Of a stretch of DNA of 64,000 nt, positions 9,018 to 19,847 are shown one piece after another. The stretch lies in contig CAWFJJ010000028.1 of the NCBI GenBank assembly GCA_963816185.1, forward strand, positions 448,001 through 512,000, in the 5' to 3' direction. The notes below the pieces were generated by a model. The model was not told where the DNA came from. It searched no databases and saw only the letters and a list, made by a program, of their open reading frames with translations. Every line of letters starts with the position of its first letter. The first letter of the stretch is position 1. This DNA comes from Thermoanaerobaculia bacterium (GTDB lineage: Bacteria; Acidobacteriota; Thermoanaerobaculia; UBA5066). The position numbers and the translations under genes are program-made.

Positions 9018-10325
9018 ATGACGGAAAGCCAGCCAAAAAGATGGCGGCTGGCAATCTTCGCCGTGGCCTTCGCAGTCCGTATCGGCGCGATCGGTTTTCA
9101 CGGCCCCGAGGAAGTTGTCTTCGGTGACGGACGCGACTATCTCGCGACGGCGAGTCACCTGTGCCGGGAACACGCATATCCGGATCGCGGGAGTCTTCCG
9201 TTCTTTCGCGCGCCGCTCCTTCCTTTCTTCATCTCGGCGACGACGTTGTGTCACCCGGAGCGCGTCGTTTCGGTCAAGGTGGCGCTTGCCGCGTGCGATT
9301 CGGGCACCGCGCTCATCATCGGCGAGATCGCCTTCCTTCTCTTCGGGTCGTCCGGGGCGGCAACAGTTGCAGCTCTTCTCGCAGCCCTTGATCCGTTCTT
9401 CGTCTTAAGCGTCGGTGACGTCAGGACTGAACCACTCTTCATGTTCTTCCTGACCGTGGCGATTTGGTGCTTCCTTCGAGCACTTCGCGGCGGCAAGGCC
9501 GTGAGCGCTCTGCTCTGCGGGGCCGCATTCGCGCTCGCTTCGCTCACGCGGCCCGCCGGGCTCGCGGCGCTCACGTTCGCCGGCATCACGTTACTGTTCT
9601 CCCGAGGAATCAGAAGGATGCGGTGGAAGGACGCGGGGGCGCTCGGGGTCGGAGCAGCGATCGCGTTGCTCCCGTGGATCACGCGCAATGCGCTGCGCTA
9701 CCACGAGCTGATCGTCGTGAACGACGCCGCGGGCTTCAGCTTCTGGCGTGGCTCGCACCCCGAGATGGATCGCATCGCGCGCATCCGGGACGCCGCGGAG
9801 TATCGTCGCGCGGCTCTCGCATTCGAGACCGTGTTGACCCCAGCAGTCGCGCGCACGATCGCGACGCCTGGTCGGTCACCGCAAGAACGAAGCCGCGCGT
9901 GGTTCGCCGCGGGGCTCGAGAACGTGAGTCAGGACCCGGCGGAGGCGATGCGATTCGCATGTCAGAAGGCCTGGCGGTATTGGCGCCCCTGGGTCAATCC
10001 TCAGGAGCACGGAAGGGCTGCCATTGCGGGCAGCGCGGTCCTTAACATTCTGCTTTATGGCCTTGCCGCGATTGGTCTCGCCCGCTACTGGGAGCGAGAT
10101 CGATTCGTCACCGGCTGGGTCATCGGCTACTTTCTCGTCATCTGGCTTGCTCACGTCCCGCATCAGGTCGTCATGCGATTTCGGATCCCCTTCACGGATC
10201 CGCTGATGGTCGCGTTCGCTGCAAGCGCCGTGATTCACTTCCCCTCTGTTACAGTCTCCGGGTGGCGAACGAAGCCCAGTTCGAAGCGCCGATCCAGCGC
10301 GTGCGGCGACGGCTCGAAGAGCTGA
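9018..10325 (+). CDS. Polytopic membrane glycosyltransferase, GT-C fold (ArnT/PMT-like)
   Basis: FGDGRDY, FRAPLLPF, RTEPLFMF, LTRP, PWITRN, MRFRIP motifs and many TM helices; 3' end overlaps accA. Confidence 0.75.
   Translation: MTESQPKRWRLAIFAVAFAVRIGAIGFHGPEEVVFGDGRDYLATASHLCREHAYPDRGSLPFFRAPLLPFFISATTLCHPERVVSVKVALAACDSGTALIIGEIAFLLFGSSGAATVAALLAALDPFFVLSVGDVRTEPLFMFFLTVAIWCFLRALRGGKAVSALLCGAAFALASLTRPAGLAALTFAGITLLFSRGIRRMRWKDAGALGVGAAIALLPWITRNALRYHELIVVNDAAGFSFWRGSHPEMDRIARIRDAAEYRRAALAFETVLTPAVARTIATPGRSPQERSRAWFAAGLENVSQDPAEAMRFACQKAWRYWRPWVNPQEHGRAAIAGSAVLNILLYGLAAIGLARYWERDRFVTGWVIGYFLVIWLAHVPHQVVMRFRIPFTDPLMVAFAASAVIHFPSVTVSGWRTKPSSKRRSSACGDGSKS
10240..10306 (+). repeat. Direct repeat copy 2 (67 bp), containing the true accA start
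   Basis: Partner of 8920..8986. Confidence 0.95.
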
Positions 10326-11212
10326 AGAGCTTCGCGGAGAGCCCCGCGCGCACCCGGGAGGTCGAGAAGCTCGAGGAGAAGCTCAGGAAGCTCTCCCGCG
10401 AGATCTACGAGAATCTCACGCCCTGGCAGAAGACCCTCGTGGCTCGGCACCCGAACCGGCCGTTCACGCTCGACTACGTGCGCATCCTCGTCCGGGATTT
10501 CGTGGAATGGCACGGCGACCGGTCCTTCGCGGACGATCCGTCGATCGTCGCAGGGTTCGGGTTTCTCGGCGCGCGTGCGGTGGCCGTCATCGGACACCAG
10601 AAGGGCCGCGACACGCGGGAGAAAATCCGACGCAATTTCGGGATGCCGCGCCCCGAAGGCTACCGTAAGGCGCTCCGGGTGATGAAGCTCGCCGAGAAGT
10701 TCCGCAAGCCCGTCCTCTCGTTCATCGACACGCCGGGCGCTTTCCCCGGCCTGGAAAGCGAGGAGCGCGGCGTCGCCGAAGCGATCGCCCGGAATCTCCT
10801 CGAGATGTCGGCGCTTCGCACCCCGATCGTGGTGACGGTCATCGGCGAGGGCGGCTCCGGCGGGGCGCTCGGCATCGGCATCGGCGACGTCGTCCTCATG
10901 CTCGAGCACTCGGTCTACTCCGTGATCTCGCCCGAGGGCTGCGCCGCGATTCTCTGGAAGGATCAGGCCCGCGCCCAGGAGGCGGCCGAAGCGATGCGGC
11001 TGACAGCCGCGGATTGCAGGGCGCTGGGCGTGATCGACGAGGTGCTGCCAGAGCCTCCGGGCGGAGCGCATGCAGACCCTGTCGCGACCATCGATACGGT
11101 CGGCCGGGCGATCGACGAACGGCTGGAGCGCCTCACGAGCCTTCCCATCGAGACGCTCCTCGAGGCGCGCTACGCGAAATTCCGCGCCATGGGAGCCTGG
11201 GAGAGCGCGTGA
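10262..11212 (+). CDS. accA: Acetyl-CoA carboxylase carboxyltransferase alpha subunit
   Basis: ARHPNRP, GHQKGRD, FGMPRPEGYRKA, GEGGSGGAL, YSVISPEGCAAILW. Confidence 0.96.
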   Translation: MANEAQFEAPIQRVRRRLEELKSFAESPARTREVEKLEEKLRKLSREIYENLTPWQKTLVARHPNRPFTLDYVRILVRDFVEWHGDRSFADDPSIVAGFGFLGARAVAVIGHQKGRDTREKIRRNFGMPRPEGYRKALRVMKLAEKFRKPVLSFIDTPGAFPGLESEERGVAEAIARNLLEMSALRTPIVVTVIGEGGSGGALGIGIGDVVLMLEHSVYSVISPEGCAAILWKDQARAQEAAEAMRLTAADCRALGVIDEVLPEPPGGAHADPVATIDTVGRAIDERLERLTSLPIETLLEARYAKFRAMGAWESA

Positions 11213-12969
11213 ACGCCCGGGCGCGCACGCCGCGTCTCGTGCGGCGCCAACTTCGGCCCCAGCATCCCGACGCGGCGGGTCGTCTCTGCCGGGAGCTCGG
11301 ACTGCCCGCGGCCGCGGCGCGCGTCCTGGTCGCGCGCGGGTTTGAGGACGTCGAATCCGCGCGCACCCATCTCTCTCCGGCGGCGGACGCGCTTCACGAC
11401 CCTTTCGCGATGGCAGGCCTGCCGGCCGCCGTCGAGCGCCTCGCTTCGACCGCCCGGCGCGGCGGGCGCGTCGTCGTCTTCGGCGATTACGACTGCGACG
11501 GCGTGGGCGCGCTCGCGATTCTCGCGACCGCCCTCGGAAAGCTGGGCGCCGACGTGCGCCCCTTCATCCCGCATCGGCTGCACGACGGCTACGGCCTTCG
11601 TGCCTCGACTCTCCGGCGGGCGCTCGAGCAGCACGATCCGGAGGGAATCGTGACGGTGGACTGCGGCATCACGGCCGTGGACACCGTCGCCGAGGCCACC
11701 GGGCGCGGCGTCTACGTCGTCGTCACCGATCATCACCTGCCTCCGGCCGCGCTCCCGGAAGGCGCGGTGCTCGTGGACCCGAAGCTGCCGGGCTGCCGTT
11801 ACCCCTTCAAGGAGCTGTGCGGCGCCGGTCTCGCCTGGAAGCTGGCCGAAGCCCTCTTCATTCACTCGGGCGAGCGCGTCGGAATGAACGGCCCGGCCCG
11901 CCGCCGCTGGCTCGCCTCTCTCGCGAAGATCGCGGCGCTCTCGACGGTCGCCGACATGGTGCCGCTCACGGGAGAGAACCGTGTCCTCGTCGCATGGGGC
12001 CTCGCGGGCCTCGCGGATCCTCGCGCTCCCGGGCTCGCCGCTCTTCTCCGACGCGCCGGAGTTCCCGCCGGGCGCGCTCCCTCGACGCGCGAGGTCGCCT
12101 TCCGGATCGCGCCCCGCCTCAACGCCATGGGGCGCCTCGACCACGCGGCTCGAGCTTTCGAGCTCCTGACGACCTCCGATGCCGCGCGGGCGGAGGTTCT
12201 CGCAAACGAGATCGACGCCGCGAACGACGAACGGCGCGCGGTGCAGGAGCGCGTCGTCGACGCCGTCCTGAGCCGGCTCGCCGGCCGCTTCGACCCGGCT
12301 CGGGACGCCATCGTCGTGGAAGCGGGGGAGGCGGCGGACGGCTGGCACCGCGGCGTGCTCGGGATCGCGGCCTCGCGCGTCGCGAAGGAGCTGGCACGCC
12401 CCGCTCTCCTTCTTGCCCGCGAGGGGGACGTCGTGTCGGGGAGCGGGCGCACACACGGAAGGACGCCTCTCTTCGCGCGGCTCGCGCCCGTGGCGAAGCG
12501 TTACACGTCCGAGTTCGGCGGTCACGCCGCCGCGCTCGGCCTCACTCTTCCCGCGGCTTCCTTCGAGGCTTTCCGCGACGACTTGCGGACGGCTTTCGCC
12601 GAGGCGCGGGACGAAGACGAGTGGGTCGAAGAGCTGATCGTCGATACGGACGTGGAGGCGCCCGAGGCCGACGATTCCCTCGCGCACGCGCTGGCACGGC
12701 TCGAGCCGCACGGGCAGGAGAATCCGAAGCCGCTTCTTCGCTTTCAGGGGATGGAGTGGGACGGCCGCGGCCGGGCCGTCGGCGAGCGGGGGCTGCGCGT
12801 CTCGCTCTCGTCGAACGGGCGGCGCATGGATGCCGTGGGCTGGACGCTCGCCGACATCCCGCCCGCCGCCCGCGCCGGCCGAGTGGACGTGGCCGGGAAT
12901 CTCGCGATCGACTCGTACACGGGACGGCCCGCCCTCACGATCGTCGACCTCTTGCCGGTTGCAGGATGA
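11209..12969 (+). CDS. recJ: Single-stranded-DNA exonuclease RecJ (DHH family)
   Basis: GDYDCDG, TVDCGI, TDHH, PRLNAMGRL, GSGR, FGGHAAA; GTG start overlaps the accA stop. Confidence 0.9.
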   Translation: MNARARTPRLVRRQLRPQHPDAAGRLCRELGLPAAAARVLVARGFEDVESARTHLSPAADALHDPFAMAGLPAAVERLASTARRGGRVVVFGDYDCDGVGALAILATALGKLGADVRPFIPHRLHDGYGLRASTLRRALEQHDPEGIVTVDCGITAVDTVAEATGRGVYVVVTDHHLPPAALPEGAVLVDPKLPGCRYPFKELCGAGLAWKLAEALFIHSGERVGMNGPARRRWLASLAKIAALSTVADMVPLTGENRVLVAWGLAGLADPRAPGLAALLRRAGVPAGRAPSTREVAFRIAPRLNAMGRLDHAARAFELLTTSDAARAEVLANEIDAANDERRAVQERVVDAVLSRLAGRFDPARDAIVVEAGEAADGWHRGVLGIAASRVAKELARPALLLAREGDVVSGSGRTHGRTPLFARLAPVAKRYTSEFGGHAAALGLTLPAASFEAFRDDLRTAFAEARDEDEWVEELIVDTDVEAPEADDSLAHALARLEPHGQENPKPLLRFQGMEWDGRGRAVGERGLRVSLSSNGRRMDAVGWTLADIPPAARAGRVDVAGNLAIDSYTGRPALTIVDLLPVAG

Positions 12970-14984
12970 GGCCCCCCCGGCGGATCGCCCGAGCGTCGGT
13001 CGCGGCCGCCGCGGCCGCGTTCACGCTTGCCGTCCTCCTCTCGTACCGAAAGCCCGGCGCCCGCACGGAGGGCGCCCGCGACCCCGTGGCCGAGACACTG
13101 CTCCGCGAAGCCGGCGGCAAGCGCGACACGATGCGCTTCCGGGACTTCCAGTACGACGAGACCCGTGCTTCCGAAGGCCGTTACCGCGTGCGCGCGTCCG
13201 AGGCGGTGAAGTTCGAGGAGAAGGGAGAGAAGCTCTTTCGACTCAAGGATGTCGTCTTCGAGTCACAGGAGGGCGGCGGAGCGCCGGTCGTGTCCGTACG
13301 GGCTCCACGTGCGGAGCTCGTCGAGGGATCGCGTGCCTTCCGCGTCTTCGACGACGTGCGGATCGAGGGCGAGGATACGAGCGTGAGAGCGTCCTCGTTC
13401 CGATACGAGCCCGCGCAGCGAGTCCTCGCCTCGGAAGGCGCCGTGGCCGCGCTCCGTGCGGGCCTCGTCGCGCACGCCGCCTCGGGCCGGCTCGACGTGC
13501 GCGACGGACGCCTCATGCTCGACGGGGAGGCGCGCCTGCGAGGGCGAGAGCAGGGCGGGCGCGCCTTCGACCTCGCCGCTCCACACGTGGTCCTCTCACG
13601 GAACGGGAAGATGGAGGCGGCGGGCGGCATCATCCTGAAGACGGATCGTTTCGTTCTCCGGAGCGATGCCGTGTCCCGGCTCGAAGAGGCGGGCGGGAGC
13701 CTCCTGAAGGCCATGTCGAATGCGTTCCTTCTCGTGCTTCGGGACGACGACCATCCTCCGGCGGCGCTCACCGCGCAGGGGAATGTTCTCGAGATGAAGG
13801 TCGATGCTCACGGACAGCCCGCTACGCTCGCGGCGGAAGGCCTTGGGGACGTTCCTGCGCGTCTCGATCTCGGACCCACGGCTGAGGCGGGGGCCCGGCG
13901 CGCCCGTGCACCCCGTTTCTCGGGACGATTCGAGAACGGGCGCTTTCGCGAGCTCGACGTGCCCGCGCACCTCGATGCCGCCGAAACCAGCCGTGCCGGG
14001 GGCCCGCCCGGGTCCGGCTTGCGAACGCTCGTGGCAGGCTTCGCGCGCGTTCTCTTCCAGGATGACGGGCGCTCGATCGACACGGCGACGTTCGAGAACG
14101 GAGTGGAAGCGGCGGACGGTACGCGGGCGGTTCTGCGAGCGCCGCACGGGACCCTGCGGGGGCGCGACGAGACCGCCGTCTTCTCAGGTGAGGCGAACGT
14201 TCCCGCCCGTTACCGCGACGAACGGGGCGCGATCGCAGCCCGAGCGCTCTCGTGGAATGCCCGCGAGGAACGCCTGGACGCCGCAGGGTCCGTGAAAACG
14301 TCGTACCTGCCGGTGGCCGGACGTCCCGGCCTTCTGGGCGGTGACGGGAAGAGCCCGTTCTTTTCGGAGTCCGACACCTTGCTTTTCCTCAACCGGGCCG
14401 AGAAGCTCAGCCTCCGCGGCTCCGTCCGCGCGTGGCAGAACGAGAACGTCCTGCGTTGCGGGAGCCTCGAGGTGGACGACGCGGCGAAGACGCTGAGGGC
14501 AGAACAAAAAGTGCAGGCGTTCTTCCGGCGCGAGACGACGCCCGTGAAAGGGACCCGGCCGCCGCCCGGCGAACACGCGGGTGAGACCGTGAACGCAACG
14601 GGTGACGTTCTCATCCACCGCGAGGAGGACCGCTCCGTCCGTCTCGAAGGGCATGCGACGATGACGTCCGGAACGTGGACGATGAGCTCCGACGTCACGG
14701 ATATCCGCCTCGCGCCGGACCGCGCCATCGAGTACACCGAGGCGCGGGGAGCCGTCGTCGTGGAGGACCGCGCGCAGCACAGGCGCGGCGAGGGCTCGAA
14801 GGCGATCTGGCGGCCCCAGACCGAGGCCGTCACGCTCGAGGGAACGCCGGCGACCGCGCTGGATGGAAAGGGAAACCGCTCGACGGGCGCGGTCCTGACG
14901 TTCCGGCAGGGACGCTCCGAGGTGGACGTGGAGACGGACCGGTCGGTGCCGACCGAGACCATCCTCAAGCCGGAGGGCTCGTGA
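12966..14984 (+). CDS. LptC/LptA (OstA-like) LPS transport periplasmic bridge protein
   Basis: N-terminal TM anchor, repeated beta-jellyroll-like segments, C-terminal LptA-like unit; immediately upstream of lptB. Confidence 0.7.
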   Translation: MRPPRRIARASVAAAAAAFTLAVLLSYRKPGARTEGARDPVAETLLREAGGKRDTMRFRDFQYDETRASEGRYRVRASEAVKFEEKGEKLFRLKDVVFESQEGGGAPVVSVRAPRAELVEGSRAFRVFDDVRIEGEDTSVRASSFRYEPAQRVLASEGAVAALRAGLVAHAASGRLDVRDGRLMLDGEARLRGREQGGRAFDLAAPHVVLSRNGKMEAAGGIILKTDRFVLRSDAVSRLEEAGGSLLKAMSNAFLLVLRDDDHPPAALTAQGNVLEMKVDAHGQPATLAAEGLGDVPARLDLGPTAEAGARRARAPRFSGRFENGRFRELDVPAHLDAAETSRAGGPPGSGLRTLVAGFARVLFQDDGRSIDTATFENGVEAADGTRAVLRAPHGTLRGRDETAVFSGEANVPARYRDERGAIAARALSWNAREERLDAAGSVKTSYLPVAGRPGLLGGDGKSPFFSESDTLLFLNRAEKLSLRGSVRAWQNENVLRCGSLEVDDAAKTLRAEQKVQAFFRRETTPVKGTRPPPGEHAGETVNATGDVLIHREEDRSVRLEGHATMTSGTWTMSSDVTDIRLAPDRAIEYTEARGAVVVEDRAQHRRGEGSKAIWRPQTEAVTLEGTPATALDGKGNRSTGAVLTFRQGRSEVDVETDRSVPTETILKPEGS

Positions 14985-15718
14985 ACGCGACCGGGCCGGT
15001 CCTCGACGCGCAGAACCTCTCCAAAGCCTATCGGGGACGCACCGTGGTCAACGGCGTGTCGATCCTCGTCACGGCGGGAGAAGTCGTGGGTCTCCTCGGT
15101 CCGAACGGAGCGGGAAAGACCACGACATTCTCGATCGTCGTCGGGCTCGTCGAACCTGATGCCGGCTCGGTCCTTCTCGACGGGCAGGACATCACGACCC
15201 TTCCGATGTACCGCAGGGCGAGGCGCGGCCTCGGCTATCTCCCTCAGGAAGCGTCGATCTTCCGCAAGATGACCGCCCTCGAGAACCTGGTCGCGATTCT
15301 CGAGACTCTTCCCGGGAACCGAGCGGCGCGCGAGGAGACCGCCCGGGGCCTTCTCGACCGCTTCAATCTCTCGCACCTCGCCCATGCCGTGGCCGACACT
15401 CTTTCGGGAGGAGAGCGGCGCCGGCTCGAGATCGCGCGGGCCTTGACGCTGTCGCCCCGCATCATGCTCCTCGACGAGCCTTTCGCCGGCATCGACCCGA
15501 TCACCGTGCTCGACGTCCAGCACGTGATCCGGGACCTCGCGGCCGCCGGGATCGGAGTCCTCATCACCGACCACAACGTGCGGGATACGCTCGCGATCGT
15601 GGACCGCGGCTACATCATCCACACGGGCGCCATCTTCCGGGCAGGCTCTCCCGCCGAGCTCTCCTCGGACCCCGAAGTGCGCCGCGTCTATCTCGGCGAA
15701 CGCTTCCGGCTCGACTGA
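14981..15718 (+). CDS. lptB: LPS export ABC transporter ATP-binding protein
   Basis: [57 protein letters not shown]. Confidence 0.95.
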   Translation: MNATGPVLDAQNLSKAYRGRTVVNGVSILVTAGEVVGLLGPNGAGKTTTFSIVVGLVEPDAGSVLLDGQDITTLPMYRRARRGLGYLPQEASIFRKMTALENLVAILETLPGNRAAREETARGLLDRFNLSHLAHAVADTLSGGERRRLEIARALTLSPRIMLLDEPFAGIDPITVLDVQHVIRDLAAAGIGVLITDHNVRDTLAIVDRGYIIHTGAIFRAGSPAELSSDPEVRRVYLGERFRLD

Positions 15719-15779
15719 GCGCCGAGGCGCGGGGCTAGAATCAACACGGCCCCCGGCTGACGGGAGCTCCGGTAAAACA

Positions 15780-17420
15780 TTGGGACTCGAACAGAAACTC
15801 TCGCTGAGGCTCTCGCAGCGGCTCGTCATGACGCCGACGTTGCAGCAGGCCATCAAGCTGCTGCAAATGACGCGCCTCGAGCTGCAGGACGTCGTGAACC
15901 AGGAGCTCGTCTCGAACCCGGTGCTCGAAGAGCAGGACCCCGAGAGCCCCGGCACGCCCGACGAGGATTCCGGCGCCGCCGAGACGCGCGAGCGAGAGCT
16001 CGCCGAGACGCCCGGCACAGGGCCCGGGAGCGCCGACGCCGGACCCGAGGAGGTCGAGGCCGTGCCGGAACCTGCCGCCGCAGGGGCTCCCGAGGCGGCC
16101 GCTCCCGAACCGGTCATCGAGGCGCCGTCCGAGACCCTGCAGGACGCGCTCGGGGACATCGATCTCGAGGCTTATTTCGGCGACTACATGGACTCGACCG
16201 CGACGGCGCCCCGGATGAGCGAGCAGGCCGAGGAGTTCTCGCTCGAGAATCGGGCCGATGCGCCGCCCGGCCTGGAAGCGCATCTCACGGAGCAGCTCGG
16301 CGTCTCGGACGCGCCTCCCGGCATACGGGCGGCCTGCGGATTCTTGATCGGAAATGTGGATCCCAACGGTTGCCTGCGGGTGACGCTCGACGAAGTGTGC
16401 GCCGCGGTACCTTGCGCGATGGAGACGGCCGAGAAGGCCCTCGCGCTCCTCCAGTCGTTCGACCCGTGCGGAGTCGGCGGGCGCGATCTCGCGGAGATCC
16501 TCCTCCTGCAGGCACGGGCGGCGAACATCGCGACGCCCCTTCTCGTGGAGCTCGTCACGCACCGTTTTGCGGAGCTCGGCTCGAAGCCCGCGGCCCTTCT
16601 CGCCCGGCAGATGAACGTGCCCGTCGAGGAGATCCAGCAGGCGCTGGACTGGATCCGAAGACTCGACCCGAAGCCCGGACGCGCGTACGACTCGTCCCGA
16701 ACGATCTACGTGGAGCCCGATGTGGCCGTCGTGAAGGTCGAAGACGAGTACATCGTCCTGTTCAACGACGACGGACTGCCGCGGCTGCGCGTTTCGGCGC
16801 TCTACCGGCGCATGCTGCTCGCGCGGGACGGCGCCCTCGACGGGGAGGGGAAGAGCTACCTCAGGGAGAAGATGCGCGCCGCGCAATGGCTCCTGAAGAG
16901 CCTCGACCAGAGAAAGCGCACGATCGTGCGCGTCGCCGAGTCGATCGTGAAGAAACAGCACGAGTTCTTCGACTACGGCGTCGCCTACCTCAAGCCCCTC
17001 GTCCTCCGCGACGTCGCCGAGGACATCGGCATGCACGAGTCGACCGTCTCGCGCGTCGTCTCGAACAAGTGGATGGCGACGCCGAGAGGCCTCGTCCCGA
17101 TGAAGTTCTTCTTCCACTCGGCGATCGCCTCGTCGATGGGGGAGGACGTGTCCTCCCTCGCCGTGAAAGGCAAGATCCGGAGCCTGGTCGAATCAGAGGA
17201 TCCCGCGCACCCGCTCTCGGACGCGCGCCTTGCCGAGCTGCTCTTGCGCGACGGAATTCGCATCGCGCGCCGCACGGTGGCGAAGTATCGTGAGGAGCTG
17301 CGCATTCCCGCGAGCTCGATCCGCCGCGTCGGCGAGCCTCTGCCCGTAGCCGAGGAGCACGAGGCGGAGCCCGAGCCGGCCGACGAGCCGCTCCCGGACG
17401 GCCCGCAGGAGGAATCATGA
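15780..17420 (+). CDS. rpoN: RNA polymerase sigma-54 factor
   Basis: MTPTLQQAIKLLQ, HESTVSR, RpoN box ARRTVAKYRE. Confidence 0.96.
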   Translation: MGLEQKLSLRLSQRLVMTPTLQQAIKLLQMTRLELQDVVNQELVSNPVLEEQDPESPGTPDEDSGAAETRERELAETPGTGPGSADAGPEEVEAVPEPAAAGAPEAAAPEPVIEAPSETLQDALGDIDLEAYFGDYMDSTATAPRMSEQAEEFSLENRADAPPGLEAHLTEQLGVSDAPPGIRAACGFLIGNVDPNGCLRVTLDEVCAAVPCAMETAEKALALLQSFDPCGVGGRDLAEILLLQARAANIATPLLVELVTHRFAELGSKPAALLARQMNVPVEEIQQALDWIRRLDPKPGRAYDSSRTIYVEPDVAVVKVEDEYIVLFNDDGLPRLRVSALYRRMLLARDGALDGEGKSYLREKMRAAQWLLKSLDQRKRTIVRVAESIVKKQHEFFDYGVAYLKPLVLRDVAEDIGMHESTVSRVVSNKWMATPRGLVPMKFFFHSAIASSMGEDVSSLAVKGKIRSLVESEDPAHPLSDARLAELLLRDGIRIARRTVAKYREELRIPASSIRRVGEPLPVAEEHEAEPEPADEPLPDGPQEES

Positions 17421-17953
17421 AGACGACTTTCACGGCTCGGCACATCCGGCTCCACCCGCGCCTGCGCGACATCGTCCATACGAAGCTCGCGAAGCTCGAG
17501 CGCGTGCTGCCAGGTCGCGCCGAGGCGCGCGTCGTGGTCACCGGAGGCCGCAAGGACGTCGGGGTCGAAGTCACCGTCGCCGGACGCCGTGGCACGCTGA
17601 CCGCGTCCGCGCGCGCGGCGGACCAGCCGAGCGCCGCGCAGGACGTCATGGACCGGGTCGCCGCTCAAGTGGTCAAGACGAACACGAAGGTGAAGGGCGT
17701 GAAGAAGCGGATGCCGTCCGCGGTGCGGAGCCCCGCGGTCTGGCCCGCCGAGCAGAGCGCGGAGCCTGGGATGGCCGTCGAGCCGCGGCGCGAGACGTTC
17801 GCCCCTCGCGCGATGTTCGAGGAAGACGCCCTCACCGCGTTCGCGGCCTCGCGTCGCGAGGTCCTCGTTTTCCGCGATCCGGCGTTCGACAACGCCATTC
17901 GCTTCCTTTATCGCCGCCGCGACGGGACCCTCGGGCTGGTCGTCCCCGAGTAG
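17417..17953 (+). CDS. hpf: Ribosome hibernation promoting factor (long HPF, divergent)
   Basis: Position after rpoN; KLAKLER; C-terminal M..E.A....VFR....LYRRRDG.LGLV.P. Confidence 0.7.
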   Translation: MKTTFTARHIRLHPRLRDIVHTKLAKLERVLPGRAEARVVVTGGRKDVGVEVTVAGRRGTLTASARAADQPSAAQDVMDRVAAQVVKTNTKVKGVKKRMPSAVRSPAVWPAEQSAEPGMAVEPRRETFAPRAMFEEDALTAFAASRREVLVFRDPAFDNAIRFLYRRRDGTLGLVVPE

Positions 17954-17956
17954 ATC

Positions 17957-18979
17957 ATGCAAGACCAGGCTGGCACGAAGCCTTCGCTGCACGCTGGCGA
18001 CTTGCAGTCGACCGCTCTTGCGTCCCTCGGCCTCAAGCTCGTCGCGGGACACAAGGGCCTCGACCGACCCATCGAGTGGCCGCGCGTGCAGAAGCCCGGC
18101 CTCGCGATCGCCGGTTTCACGGACTACGTGAAGGCGAACCGCGTCCAGATTCTCGGCGAGAGCGAGTTCGCTTTCCTGAAGACTCTTCCGGCGGGAATCA
18201 TGCGCGAGCGCCTCGATGCGTTCACGGCGCTTCCGATGGCCTGTGTCGTGGTCACGAAGGGAATCGACCCCGGTCCGGTCCTCACGAACTTCTGCCGCCG
18301 GCGCCGCGTCCCGCTCTTCGTGACGGCGCGCATGACGAGCATCGTCATCGAGGCCCTGGCCGCATTTCTCGAGGAGTCGCTCGCGCCGCGCGCGACTCTC
18401 CACGGCGTCCTCCTCGAGGTCGGCGGCCTCGGGACGCTCCTCCTCGGCGAGTCGGGCGTCGGCAAGAGCGAGTGCGCCCTCGCCCTCGTCCAACGCGGAC
18501 ACCGGCTCGTGGCAGACGACCTCGTCGTCATCCAGCGCTTCCCGAACGACGTCCTCATCGGCTCCTCGTCCGGGCTCATCCGCCATCACATGGAGCTGCG
18601 CGGCCTCGGCATCGTGAACGTTCCCATGCTCTTCGGCGTCGCGGCCGTCCTCGAGAGGCACACCGTCGAGTTCGTCATTCAGCTGACCGACTGGGATTCG
18701 CAGCAGAAGATCGACCGCCTCGGGCTGGACGAGGAGTTCGAGGACATCCTCGGAGTCGCCGTGCCGCGCGTGAAGATGCCGGTCGCGACGGGGCGAGACG
18801 TCGCTCTCCTCGTGGAGATCGCGGCCCGAAATCAGCTCCTCAAGCGGCGCGGCTTCAACGCGGCGCGCGAGATCGCCGCGAAAGTGCACGACGAGATCGC
18901 CCGGAAGGCCGCGTCCGATCGCTTCACGATCGCGAGGCGGACCCGACGAAAGATCTCCGCGCGCGAGAGGGCGCGGTGA
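17957..18979 (+). CDS. hprK: HPr kinase/phosphorylase
   Basis: PGLAIAG, LHGVLLEV.G, GESGVGKSECAL, HRLVADD, ELRGLGIVN, AARN. Confidence 0.95.
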   Translation: MQDQAGTKPSLHAGDLQSTALASLGLKLVAGHKGLDRPIEWPRVQKPGLAIAGFTDYVKANRVQILGESEFAFLKTLPAGIMRERLDAFTALPMACVVVTKGIDPGPVLTNFCRRRRVPLFVTARMTSIVIEALAAFLEESLAPRATLHGVLLEVGGLGTLLLGESGVGKSECALALVQRGHRLVADDLVVIQRFPNDVLIGSSSGLIRHHMELRGLGIVNVPMLFGVAAVLERHTVEFVIQLTDWDSQQKIDRLGLDEEFEDILGVAVPRVKMPVATGRDVALLVEIAARNQLLKRRGFNAAREIAAKVHDEIARKAASDRFTIARRTRRKISARERAR

Positions 18980-19845
18980 CGGGAAGCGCGACGCGCCTCG
19001 TCGTCGCCACGGGACTATCCGGCTCCGGGAAGTCGCTCGTCGCTCACGCCCTCGAGGACATCGGCTACACGACGGTCGACAATCTCCCGCTCTCGCTGCT
19101 CGAGGAGTTCGCCGGAGGGGTCGCCGCGGGCCGCATGCCGCGGCAGAAGAATGCCGTCATCCTCGATGTGCGCAATCCGGACTTTGCGGAGCATTTTCCC
19201 GGGCTCCTCGAGAAGCTTCGCCAGCGCCTTCCGATCACGGTGCTCTTTCTCGACTGCGAGGACCGCGCGCTCCTGAACCGTTTCTCGGCGACACGCAGAC
19301 CGCACCCGCTCGCGGACGGGCGCTCTCTCGGCGAAGCCGTCGCCTTCGAGAGACGCCTCCTGGCCGAGGTGAAGGCGCGGTCCGACCTCGTGATCGACAC
19401 GACGGCGATGACGGTGCACGAGCTCCGGGCTGCGGTCGCGCAGCACTTCCGCGATCCGGGAGATCCCGGCGTTCTCGCCGTGTCGCTCGTCTCCTTCGGC
19501 TTCAAGCACGGATATCCCGCCGCCCTCGACCTGTGCTTCGACGTGCGTTTTCTCGCGAATCCGCATTTCGACGCGCGCCTGAGGTCTCGAACGGGCCGCG
19601 ACGGAGAGGTCGCACGCTTCATCGAAGCGGGAGAGCAGACCGCGCCGTTCTACGCGCACCTCAAGGAGTTTCTCGGCTTCTGCCTTCCGAACTACCGCAG
19701 CGAGAACCGCGCCTATCTCACGATCGGGATCGGGTGCACCGGAGGCCGGCACCGGTCGGTCTACGTCGCCGAGCGCCTCGCGCGGGATCTCGCCGCGATG
19801 GGCTATCCGGTGCGCGTCTCGCATCGGGACGAGGCGCTCGACTGA
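18976..19845 (+). CDS. rapZ: RNase adapter RapZ (YvcJ/YhbJ family)
   Basis: TGLSGSGKS, VDNLP, TRRPHPL, SFGFKHG, DVRFL.NP, IGCTGGRHRSV. Confidence 0.93.
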   Translation: MTGSATRLVVATGLSGSGKSLVAHALEDIGYTTVDNLPLSLLEEFAGGVAAGRMPRQKNAVILDVRNPDFAEHFPGLLEKLRQRLPITVLFLDCEDRALLNRFSATRRPHPLADGRSLGEAVAFERRLLAEVKARSDLVIDTTAMTVHELRAAVAQHFRDPGDPGVLAVSLVSFGFKHGYPAALDLCFDVRFLANPHFDARLRSRTGRDGEVARFIEAGEQTAPFYAHLKEFLGFCLPNYRSENRAYLTIGIGCTGGRHRSVYVAERLARDLAAMGYPVRVSHRDEALD

Positions 19846-19847
19846 GG

